64,000 bases of DNA, from positions 2,208,001 to 2,272,000 of the forward strand of contig OY729428.2 in NCBI GenBank assembly GCA_963422375.2. The letters run 5' to 3'. The notes below the pieces were generated by a model that was given only the letters and a program-made list of their open reading frames with translations, was not told where the DNA came from and did no database searches. The position numbers were made by a program, and so were the translations under genes. Positions 20,100-28,849 of the stretch are shown piece by piece. Each line of letters begins with the position of its first letter. Position 1 is the stretch's first letter. The DNA is from Bryobacterales bacterium (lineage in GTDB: Bacteria; Acidobacteriota; Terriglobia; Bryobacterales; UBA6623).

Positions 20100-20259
20100 C
20101 CCTGTCCTAGTCTAGCCATTGCGCGGCTCGGGTGTCCACGCCCCGTCAGGCGCACGAGGGCGAACGCCTCGGCAGCGAGGGCACCGCCCCGAATCCGCCG
20201 CGCCGGGCGGAACCATGCAGCTCCCGGGACGGCGCGGTCCGCTCGACTACAGTCGGATT

Positions 20260-20916
20260 ATGGCGAAGATCACGGCCCTGACGCAGGACCTGTGCCGCTA
20301 CATGCTGCGGAATTGCACGCCGGAGGACTCGGTTCTCGCGGACCTGAGGCGCGCAACTCGCGAGAGAGTCCCGGATTACGCGGGGATGATGGTCTCCAAG
20401 GAGCAGGGCGCGATGCTGCGCCTGCTCGTGAGCTGCCTGGCTCCGACGCTGGCAATCGAGGTCGGGACGTTCACGGGCTACAGTTCCGCCTGTATAGCGT
20501 CCGCTCTGCCCGAGGGCAGCACGCTACTCTGCTGCGACTTGAACGAGGAGTGGACCTCCATCGGAAAGCCCTTCTGGGAGCTCTGCGGCGTGGCGGATCG
20601 CATCGACCTGCGAATCGGCTCGGCTCTCGGGACATTGCGAGCACTACCGGCGGGCACGGTCGCCGACTTCGCCTTCGTCGATGCCGACAAGGACAACTAC
20701 GTGGCCTACTACGAAGAGCTTCTGCCCAGAATGCGCCGGAACGCCCTGCTAGCCTTCGACAACGTCCTGTGGCACAACTGGGCCATGGACGCGGCCAACC
20801 AAGACCCGGAGACGGTCGGGATCCGCGAGTTCAACGATCACGTCCTGCGCGACGAGCGCGTCGAGAGCGTCATGATCCACATCGGCGACGGGATGACCTT
20901 GGTCCGGAAGCGCTGA
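20260..20916 (+). CDS. class I SAM-dependent O-methyltransferase (CCoAOMT-like)
   Basis: IEVGTFTGYS, FVDADKDNY, FDNVLW, IGDGMTL. Confidence 0.92.
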   Translation: MAKITALTQDLCRYMLRNCTPEDSVLADLRRATRERVPDYAGMMVSKEQGAMLRLLVSCLAPTLAIEVGTFTGYSSACIASALPEGSTLLCCDLNEEWTSIGKPFWELCGVADRIDLRIGSALGTLRALPAGTVADFAFVDADKDNYVAYYEELLPRMRRNALLAFDNVLWHNWAMDAANQDPETVGIREFNDHVLRDERVESVMIHIGDGMTLVRKR

Positions 20917-21305
20917 TGCGACGGCCCGGCCGGAGGAGGCCGGGCCCCCGACCCAGCGAAGCGCTCACGGGGCGGCGACCCGGCTCGCTTGGAGTCGAAG
21001 AGCCGCCCTAGGTCGTAGGCAAGCCCTCAGGACAGCCCGCGGCACCAAGCGCACGGACTGAGACGCGCCGCGATGCAGCGACAGCCTCGGACCCGGAGAC
21101 CCGCTACGGTCGGGGACCTGCGACGCACCGCGGGGTCGGCGGCGTTCCGCGCAGAGGCCCCGCCGCACCCGGAGATTCCAGCCAACCCGCCTCGACCAGA
21201 CTGCAATTATTGAACCGCAACACCTTGCAGTCAGGGAACTTGCGATGCGACTCCAAAAGCACGGGCCCGGGCGAGGCGCTCGCAGAGGCTCCGTCCGCCG
21301 AGCGC

Positions 21306-22529
21306 TCAGCCGATAGGCAGCAGGCTCGCCCTCACCCGGTCTTCGGCCACGCGGATGCCGAGCCCGGGGGCTTCTGGCACCATCACGCTGACTCCGTCCA
21401 TCTGGATGTCGTCTGTCAGCAGGTCCGCCAAGAACTGCGGACCATTCAGTTCCGGAGGAAGGAGCAGGTCGAGCGTCGAGTAAAGGTGAACCGCCGCCAT
21501 GAGGCTCACGCCGCCGTCGGTGAGCCCGCTCCCGAGCAGCCCAAGGCCGTGCGCTTCCGATACCACCGCGCTCTTTGCGCAATTGGTCACGCCTCCGCTC
21601 TTCGGCACCTTCAGCACGACGAGGTCCGCCGCCCTCATCTCGGCCGCCCGGGCCACGTCGAACGACGAGAAGCACCCCTCGTCAATCGCCACGGGATAGG
21701 GGCTCTTCTCGCGAGCCCTGCGGAGGCCCATCCAGTCCTCGCTGCGAACGGGCTGCTCGAAGCAGCGCACGCCATCGAAATCACGGAGCGCATCGAGGAA
21801 GCGTTCGAGCTGGATGGGCTGGTACGACTGGTTCGCGTCCAGCCAGATATCAATGTCCGGCCGGGCCAGCGAGATGGCCTCCAGCCGCTTGACGTCCTCG
21901 AGGGCGTCCCCGGCCACCTTGACCTTGAAGCAGCGACAGGCCGGCCATCGCCTGACCTCCTCCGCCATCGCGCCGGGAGTGTCGATACTCACGGCGTAGC
22001 AGAGTTCGACGGTCTCGCGAAGCTTGCCGCCCAAGAGCCGGTGCAGGGGCACGCCCGCGACCTGGCCGGCCAAGTCCAGCAGGGCGATCTCCAAGGCGCT
22101 CTTGGCGAAGGGTGCTCCGTTGCTCACGGCCGGCCGGATCGTCGCATCCATCTCCCGCTTCAAGGCGTTCCATTCGAACGGAGTGCGACCGACCGCCAAG
22201 GGGACGAGGTAGTTGCGCAGGGTGCCGACTACTGCCTCGATCGTCTCGTAGGACCACGCTGGGATCGTGGTGGTCATGCCCCAGCCGACATGGCCGTCCT
22301 GTGTCTGCGCCCGGACCATGACGTAATTGCCCGGCTTCCCCGCGCCCCCGACAGTCCCGACGCCGATCTTGAACGTGGTGCGGAACGGAATCGCGATCGG
22401 GAGGACCTCCACCTCGCGGATGCGGGAGCCCGGCATGGGCGTTTCTGCGGCGGCCAACGCGGCCCCGGCAGCCAGACCGGCGCTGCCAGTCGCGAGGGAG
22501 CGAGCGAATTGTCGACGATTGGCTGTCAC
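21306..22529 (-). CDS. muconate cycloisomerase-like enolase-superfamily enzyme with Tat signal
   Basis: NRRQF twin-Arg leader (GTG 22529; start uncertain), FKVKV, LDANQ, FEQP, AIDE, PELNG. Confidence 0.85.
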   Translation of the reverse strand: MTANRRQFARSLATGSAGLAAGAALAAAETPMPGSRIREVEVLPIAIPFRTTFKIGVGTVGGAGKPGNYVMVRAQTQDGHVGWGMTTTIPAWSYETIEAVVGTLRNYLVPLAVGRTPFEWNALKREMDATIRPAVSNGAPFAKSALEIALLDLAGQVAGVPLHRLLGGKLRETVELCYAVSIDTPGAMAEEVRRWPACRCFKVKVAGDALEDVKRLEAISLARPDIDIWLDANQSYQPIQLERFLDALRDFDGVRCFEQPVRSEDWMGLRRAREKSPYPVAIDEGCFSSFDVARAAEMRAADLVVLKVPKSGGVTNCAKSAVVSEAHGLGLLGSGLTDGGVSLMAAVHLYSTLDLLLPPELNGPQFLADLLTDDIQMDGVSVMVPEAPGLGIRVAEDRVRASLLPIG

Positions 22530-22766
22530 GAACGGGTCCCGTTCCGGCGCACGTGGCCCGGCAGCGGCCTCCAACGTCATTCTACAGGGAGGCGCAGGCG
22601 GTCGGGCGTGCGAGAGGCGAACGCGCCCACGAAGCGCAGCGTCAGCAAGGAAGCGATGCCCTAGCTGCCGTTTGGGTCAGGGCGAATCGGGAACGCGTCG
22701 CCGAATTCCCCGAGAGCCACCCGGCGACTCGCCCCGGACGCTCTCTCGCGCCCCGGACGCGCGGTG

Positions 22767-23600
22767 TCAGAACTCGCTGGCGCGGGTGATCGTCCAGCCG
22801 TCCTTGGTGATGCGCAAGTGGCGAACCTGGCCCGCCTCGCCTAGCGCCTCCTGCACCCGACCGTCCAGTTCGAACACGATGCCGCCGGCATTCCCCACTG
22901 TCGCTTGCACTAGGGAGTCCGCTCGGAACGCGAGCCGCTCGCCGGGCCTCAGCGTGGACTCCCGCTCAGTCGTTCCGTCCGCCAGCGTCCGTACCCAGCT
23001 CTGTCCCTTCGCTACGAACGCGACGCTGAACGAGGTGCCCGGCCCAGTGCTGGTGCCGGTAGCCGAATCGGCGGCCGCACCCGGGGACGGGGGAGGCACC
23101 GCCGGCGTCACGGGAGGCGTCGGCTCTACGGCCGCGGGCGAGTCCTGCACGGTCCCGGCCGACGCCTGGATCGGGTCCGACACCTGGTAGCTGCCCAACA
23201 GCCATGCCAAGCCGGCCGCGATCAATGCCGCAGCGAGCGCCACCGTGCCGAGGATTCCGGCGTTCTGTCGCACGCTGTCTCCAAGCCTCGACCGGGCCTT
23301 GCCGACCAAACTCTTGATCGGCTGGGACGTCGTTTGAGGCCGAGGAAGCGCCGGAACCGCCTCGGTCTGCGACAACTCGGCCCGAAGAGCGGCCAGCGTC
23401 TCTTCGGCATCCAAGCCGACAGCATTTGCATACTGCCGGACGAAACTCGAGAGAAAGAAGTCACCAGGCAATTGGTCGTACTCGCCGAACTCGATCAGCA
23501 TCAGCGCACTGGGGCGAATCTTCGTTACCTCCGCGACCTGCTCTATCGTCAGGTTGCTAGCGATTCTCGCCTGGCGCAGTGTCTCGCCCACCATGGTCAT
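22767..23600 (-). CDS. rodZ: RodZ-like membrane protein (HTH, TM, DUF4115-like domain)
   Basis: VGETLRQAR...VAEVTKIR...FVRQYANAVGLD; TM helix; SWVR...VGNAGG C-terminal domain. Confidence 0.85.
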   Translation of the reverse strand: MTMVGETLRQARIASNLTIEQVAEVTKIRPSALMLIEFGEYDQLPGDFFLSSFVRQYANAVGLDAEETLAALRAELSQTEAVPALPRPQTTSQPIKSLVGKARSRLGDSVRQNAGILGTVALAAALIAAGLAWLLGSYQVSDPIQASAGTVQDSPAAVEPTPPVTPAVPPPSPGAAADSATGTSTGPGTSFSVAFVAKGQSWVRTLADGTTERESTLRPGERLAFRADSLVQATVGNAGGIVFELDGRVQEALGEAGQVRHLRITKDGWTITRASEF

Positions 23601-25638
23601 ATGCACGCGAGCCAATCCTATTGTAAGAGATTTCGGAGGCTGAGCGCCAAAGTCAAGGAGAGTCACCGAATTGCCGGCCCTCAGTCCCGGGCGGCTCCGT
23701 CCCGACACCGTTGCGGCAACGTCGCCACGCAGACGCGGCCGTGACGACTCCGCTCTGCCGCGGCGCGGGCTCGATCGGGGAGGATTCCGACGAGACACCT
23801 CGCGGCGAGGACGACACCGGGGAATCCCCGCAGCTGAATGCCAACACGGTCCAGGCTCGCCCGGAGCCGCGGGCGTGCCCGGGCGAATGCACCGCGACAG
23901 CAAGACTCCGCAAGACGCCCCGGCACGTTGGCCACCGGCGGCTCGATTCCTGCCGCGGTTCCGCTCGGAAGGCGACGGCCGCCCGGGAGTCCGTCGCGCC
24001 CTCGCGAGGGCCCCTCGGCGACCATCTGGGACGCTGCATTCGGGGACGCGACATGGATTGCCGACGAGCGCATCTCCCCGGTTACCACCGGTATGCCTTC
24101 GGACTGCCCGAGACAGGGACGCACCGGGATTCGTCTCAGGGGAAGCAAGCCGCGGCAGCGCGGGGCCACCGCCGGGCGCCCCGATCGCCAAACTCCGCCA
24201 ATGTCTCAGACAAGAACGCACAAGTGCTTTGTATTGCGAGACTTGCGCTCGGAGTGCGGGACGCCCTTCTTAGGTTCAGGAAGAGCCTCACGGGCCTGAA
24301 CTCGGAAGACTCCCTCTGGGCTGCCTTTGCCGTGTCCCGCCCGCCGGGCCAGCGGGCGGGCCCGCAGAGATCATCCCCGCAACGTTCAAACGAGTGATCT
24401 CGCGTCCGCACGGTCACCCCCGCGGGGCAGCTGGTGGCCGCGGCAGCTGCCCCTAGCGAGCGCGGAATCATCTTGCGGAAGCGGAGGGGCACTCGCCCGG
24501 ATCATTGATGAACTTGGGTCAGTGGCGGGAATCCGGCCGCTGTGCCCTTCGGTGACTGCCAGATTGTCCTCCAAGACGGCTGCAGTCAGGGAACTCGGGT
24601 CTTCCGGGGGCTACGCGAGCGCCTTGCGGGCCGTGCTCTCTTGGGCCGCGGCCCCCCGCCCGCGGGACCGGCACGGCTTGCCACGGCGGCGTCCCGGACG
24701 GATCCCGGCGATCCCGGCCGACTCGGCGTCGTGTCGGCACAGCCTCCATGCCTCGCGCCAGCAGGCAACCCTTCGATCCAACAACGCGCGTACCTCGAGC
24801 GCCCCGCGCCGCAGGCCGTGCAACAGGGGCCGACCGAGAGCCGGTCCGAGGCCGGGAGCGAGGCGCGAGACACGGCCAAATAGGTGGCCGCGGCTTTGCT
24901 GGGCCGATCGCTCGAGTCGGACGACTCCTTCGGCCGAGGCTCGGGCCGGGGTCCACGGCTGCGGAAGCGAAGGCGAGCTCCGGTCCAAGCTGGCCACGCT
25001 CTGACGCGGTGCTGGAGAGCGTGCCTTCACTGCTCCGCCGCCGCGGACGGAGCAGTGCCGGAGTGGCTAGGTGGCGCGATCCCGGAGGCATCGGCGCTTC
25101 GCTTCCAGTTGCAGGGAATCGGCACGTCGGCCCCGGTGTCGTGTCACTGCCCCCGCCGATCTGAATGATGTCGGACCGCGGGAAGCAAGTCCAGTGTCGA
25201 TGGCCCCAGCACTGACGTCAAGAGCCCGCAGCTGGGTGCCCTCGCTGTTGCGACGGGCCCAGACCCTCGGGACCTGCGCCGTGTCATTCTCACGCCGGGT
25301 CGAGCGAAGTCTTCCGCCTGCCCTCGGGGACGTTGCCAAGTCCCAGGACGGGGGCTGCCGCCACGCTCGACCCTAGCGGCTGGCCAGCACCGGACGTCAA
25401 GGGGCCGTTCGCTTGGAATCTCGCCCAAGGCGGGAGTCGGGAAGCGGACAACACCCCGCAAGTCGGGAATCAAGTAACGTAAGGCTACCGACACCGCCTT
25501 CCGCCCCGCTTCGTCGATAGACGCCGACTAGGGACCGTTGGCTCTCCCGGCCGCACCATGACACACCATGACACCGTTGCGCCTAGGTCGTGGCGGGACC
25601 AGGGCCACCGACTGGCGGTGCCGAATGGGTGACGCTCA

Positions 25639-26652
25639 GTGACTGGGGCTTCGGCGCACGCCGAAAGCGTGGCTGACCGGGCACGGATGTGTCCGGCTTG
25701 CGACGACGAGTCGAGCGCCGCGGTCTTCACCGGATCCGACTGGATCCTGCGCACGACCGCCGAGCAATTCCGTATCGTCGAATGCTCGCGCTGCGGTCTG
25801 CTCCGGCTCGATCCCAATCATAGGGGCGGCCGGTCGCGGGGCCATGACGACCGGATTCCTCGCCAGAATCCGAGTCCGGGCCTGCGAGATGCCTGGACGG
25901 GCATCGCGCGACGCGCGCTCGCGATGTGGGAATTGCATTCTATCCGACCCAAGGCGCGCTACGCCGGACCTATGCTCTACGTCAGCGACCGAGACGCCGA
26001 ACACGTCAGGATCCTGCGCGGAAGGCGCATCAACGTCGTGTATACCGGGCTGGAATCTCTCTCGCAGCGGGAACCTGGTCGGATGCGGACAGAGCCGCAG
26101 GCCCTGTCCGTGCTCGCCGCCATGCGGCCCCGCGCGGGCGCTTACTCCACCATCATCGCGCTGGACGTATTGCAGAGAGCTAGCTCGCCGAGACCGCTCA
26201 TGGCAGCTTTGGGAGACGAGCTGGCCGACGGCGGGACATTGCTGCTTCGAGTGCCCAACGCCGACTGCTGGGCGGCGCTGATCCTGGGCCAGCGCTGGAA
26301 CGGTTTCGACATTCCCCGGCACAGGGTCATGTTCTGCCGCGAGACGCTCCAATCTCTGCTCGAGACGTGCGGCTTGAGGGCATTTCGGTGGAGAACCTTC
26401 TGGTCTGGTCACGACGCCAAGGGGCTCGCGACCAGCCTCTGGCCCGGCCTTGACCCGGCCGTGCGCCGCCAGCGCGGCCTCGTCGAGTCCAGGTTCACCG
26501 CGCTCCTGAAGAGCGCGCTCTATGCGATGCTAGTGCTCGTCGCGCTCCCGCTGATCCTGCTGGAGGCAGCGAGTGGTTCCGGTGCGACTCTAACGGTCGA
26601 AGCGACCCGCGCCGAGCCCGCTCCCCCGCCGGAGCAGCGCCGGGCGGACTAG
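25639..26652 (+). CDS. zinc-ribbon plus class I methyltransferase-like protein, SAM motif degenerate
   Basis: CPAC...CSRCG, GGTLLLRVPN, WNGFDIPRH; the Gly-rich SAM motif is replaced by LYVSDRDA. Confidence 0.65.
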   Translation: MTGASAHAESVADRARMCPACDDESSAAVFTGSDWILRTTAEQFRIVECSRCGLLRLDPNHRGGRSRGHDDRIPRQNPSPGLRDAWTGIARRALAMWELHSIRPKARYAGPMLYVSDRDAEHVRILRGRRINVVYTGLESLSQREPGRMRTEPQALSVLAAMRPRAGAYSTIIALDVLQRASSPRPLMAALGDELADGGTLLLRVPNADCWAALILGQRWNGFDIPRHRVMFCRETLQSLLETCGLRAFRWRTFWSGHDAKGLATSLWPGLDPAVRRQRGLVESRFTALLKSALYAMLVLVALPLILLEAASGSGATLTVEATRAEPAPPPEQRRAD

Positions 26653-26671
26653 GCCGCGTTCCGTACGTTCC

Positions 26672-27619
26672 ATGCCAGAGCCTAGGCGAACATGCCCGGC
26701 GCGGACGCACGTCGCGGGACGCCACGCCCGCATCGCATTCGCTACCGCGCTGGTCGCGGCTTGCGCCTGCGCCCAGCCCATCCCCACGGGCCAGCCGCCG
26801 GCCGATTACTTGCTTGCAGGCGACCGCGCCTTGGCTTGGACCCGCCAGTTCGTCGAGCTGGGCCCGCGGCCCGCCGGCTCGCCGGCGCTAGCGGCCCAGA
26901 CCGCGATGATCGCCGAGGCACTTCAGTCGTTACCGTGCCAAGTCGAGATCGACGAGTTCGTCGCTGCGACGCCCCTAGGGGCCGTGCCGATGCGGAACAT
27001 CGTCGCGCGGTTCGGGCCGACCGCACCGAACGAGGTCGTCATCGTCTCCGGCCATTACGACACGCTGCGCCAGGAAGGCTTCGTGGGCGCCAACGACGGC
27101 GGATCCTCCGCCGGCCTGCTGCTCGCGCTTGCCGAACGCTTGGCGGCGCAGCCGCCGCAGCCGGTGTGGGTGGTGTTCTTCGACGGCGAGGAGAGCCTTG
27201 TGGCGTGGCGCAACGGAGACCACACCTACGGCAGCCGCAGACTTGCAGGGAAGTGGGCGGCCGACGGAACGGCCGAGCGTGTGCGCGCCCTGATCAACGT
27301 CGACATGATCGGCGACAGGGACCTGCACTTGGTCTACGAAGGTAACTCAGACCCGGAACTCCGGGGCACTGTCTGGTCGCTCGCCGCGGGCTTGAGCTAC
27401 GCGGACGTCTTCAGCCATCGCATCGGATACATCGAGGACGATCACGTTCCGTTCCTGCGGATCGGCGTGCCCAGCCTGAATCTGATCGACTTCGACTACG
27501 GCCCGGGCAACTCGTACTGGCACACGGCTGACGACACGATGGACAAGCTCGACCGGCGCAGCTTCGCCACGGTGCTGCACGTGCTGGAGGCCGCCATCGA
27601 GCGCCTGCTCCCCCAGTGA
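26672..27619 (+). CDS. M28-family peptidase / glutaminyl-cyclase-like exported protein
   Basis: SGHYDT, GANDGGSS, FFDGEE, NVDMIGD, EDDHVPF, YWHT; hydrophobic leader, start uncertain. Confidence 0.88.
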   Translation: MPEPRRTCPARTHVAGRHARIAFATALVAACACAQPIPTGQPPADYLLAGDRALAWTRQFVELGPRPAGSPALAAQTAMIAEALQSLPCQVEIDEFVAATPLGAVPMRNIVARFGPTAPNEVVIVSGHYDTLRQEGFVGANDGGSSAGLLLALAERLAAQPPQPVWVVFFDGEESLVAWRNGDHTYGSRRLAGKWAADGTAERVRALINVDMIGDRDLHLVYEGNSDPELRGTVWSLAAGLSYADVFSHRIGYIEDDHVPFLRIGVPSLNLIDFDYGPGNSYWHTADDTMDKLDRRSFATVLHVLEAAIERLLPQ

Positions 27620-27628
27620 TCCCGGCGC

Positions 27629-28828
27629 TCAGGCCTCGTAGCGCTCCCAATACGCCGGGTTCATCTCGTATCCGATTCCCGGGCGGTCCGGGACGGTCAG
27701 ATAGCCGTCGCGCAGGTCCTCGGCCGGGATGACGGCCTCGCTGCGCCAGGGCACTTCGCCGAACGCCAGCTCGAGGATGCCGAAGTTCGGCATCGTCGCG
27801 CATACGTGCACCGCTGCCATGTTCCCCACCGGGCTGGCGGGTCCGTGCGGAGAGCATCGCAGACCGGCCCCTTCCGCCATCGCGGCGATCTTCTTGAGCT
27901 CGTACATCCCGCCGCAGTACTTCACGTCCGGCATTACGGTGTCAACCGCGCCGGCCCGGATATACGGAAAGAACTCTCCAACGCCCCAGAGGCCCTCGCC
28001 GCCCGCCGTCCTGACATTGGATGCAGCGCGGAAGCGGGCGAGGCCGGCGACGGATTCGCACATCTCCTCCATCCAATACAGGTCCAAGCTCTTCAGTTCG
28101 CGGCCGACCGCGATCGCTCCGCGGGAATCGAACCGGCCGTGGCCGTCGATCAGCAGATCGCGTTCCGGGCCGATCGCCGCCCGCACGGCCCGGACGAAGC
28201 CGATCCCGCGCCGGACGCCGAGCCGACGCTTGTCAGGGTCCTGCTCGTTCCGGGCCAGGTGGTCGAACGGAGCCAGCTTCAGCGCGTCGAAGCCCGACTC
28301 GACTCCGCGCCGGGCGTTCGCGGCGAAGCCCTCCGAAGTCCGGTCCGCGCCGCGGGTCATGCGGTTGATGTTGGCGTAGTTGCGGATCTTGGCGCGCAGC
28401 TTGCCGCCGAACAGGGCGTGGCAGGGGAGACCGAGCGCCTTGCCCTGCAGGTCCCACATGCTCTGCTCCACGGCCGAGCAGGCTGAGACCGTGGCCCGGC
28501 GGGTCCGCGGCGCGGCCCGCGCGACCTCGGCCAGCGCCGCGCGGCGCAGGCGCTCGACGTCGAAGGGGCTTCGCCCCCGCACGGTCTCGAAGAGCCGACG
28601 CATGACCGCGGCCCCATGGCGCGGCAACGCCTCGTTGGCGGTGGCGTCGCCGAGACCTGCAAGCCCCTCCGACGTGCGCAGCTGGCACAGCACCCAAGCG
28701 CGCCGCCCTACCGTTGCCGAGTACACTTCGACGGTGTCGATCGCGGTTTCGGAGGCTGCCACCCGCCGCCCGGCCAGCGCCAACGCGGCCAGCGGAATCG
28801 AGCTGACCCAGTCGCGCCGTGTCATCAT
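27629..28828 (-). CDS. mandelate racemase/galactonate dehydratase-like enzyme with Tat signal
   Basis: MMTRRDW leader, AVEQSMWDLQGK, LIDGHGRF, WMEE, AGGE, MPDVKYCGG, SPHGP. Confidence 0.88.
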   Translation of the reverse strand: MMTRRDWVSSIPLAALALAGRRVAASETAIDTVEVYSATVGRRAWVLCQLRTSEGLAGLGDATANEALPRHGAAVMRRLFETVRGRSPFDVERLRRAALAEVARAAPRTRRATVSACSAVEQSMWDLQGKALGLPCHALFGGKLRAKIRNYANINRMTRGADRTSEGFAANARRGVESGFDALKLAPFDHLARNEQDPDKRRLGVRRGIGFVRAVRAAIGPERDLLIDGHGRFDSRGAIAVGRELKSLDLYWMEEMCESVAGLARFRAASNVRTAGGEGLWGVGEFFPYIRAGAVDTVMPDVKYCGGMYELKKIAAMAEGAGLRCSPHGPASPVGNMAAVHVCATMPNFGILELAFGEVPWRSEAVIPAEDLRDGYLTVPDRPGIGYEMNPAYWERYEA

Positions 28829-28849
28829 GTTCATAGTCTAGAGACCGCG

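Noticed and set aside
25049..25130. tRNA-Ser-like 5' end (GGAGCAGTGCCGGAGTGGCT)
   Set aside because: No anticodon arm, T-loop or matching 3' acceptor strand; explained as one arm of a local hairpin.
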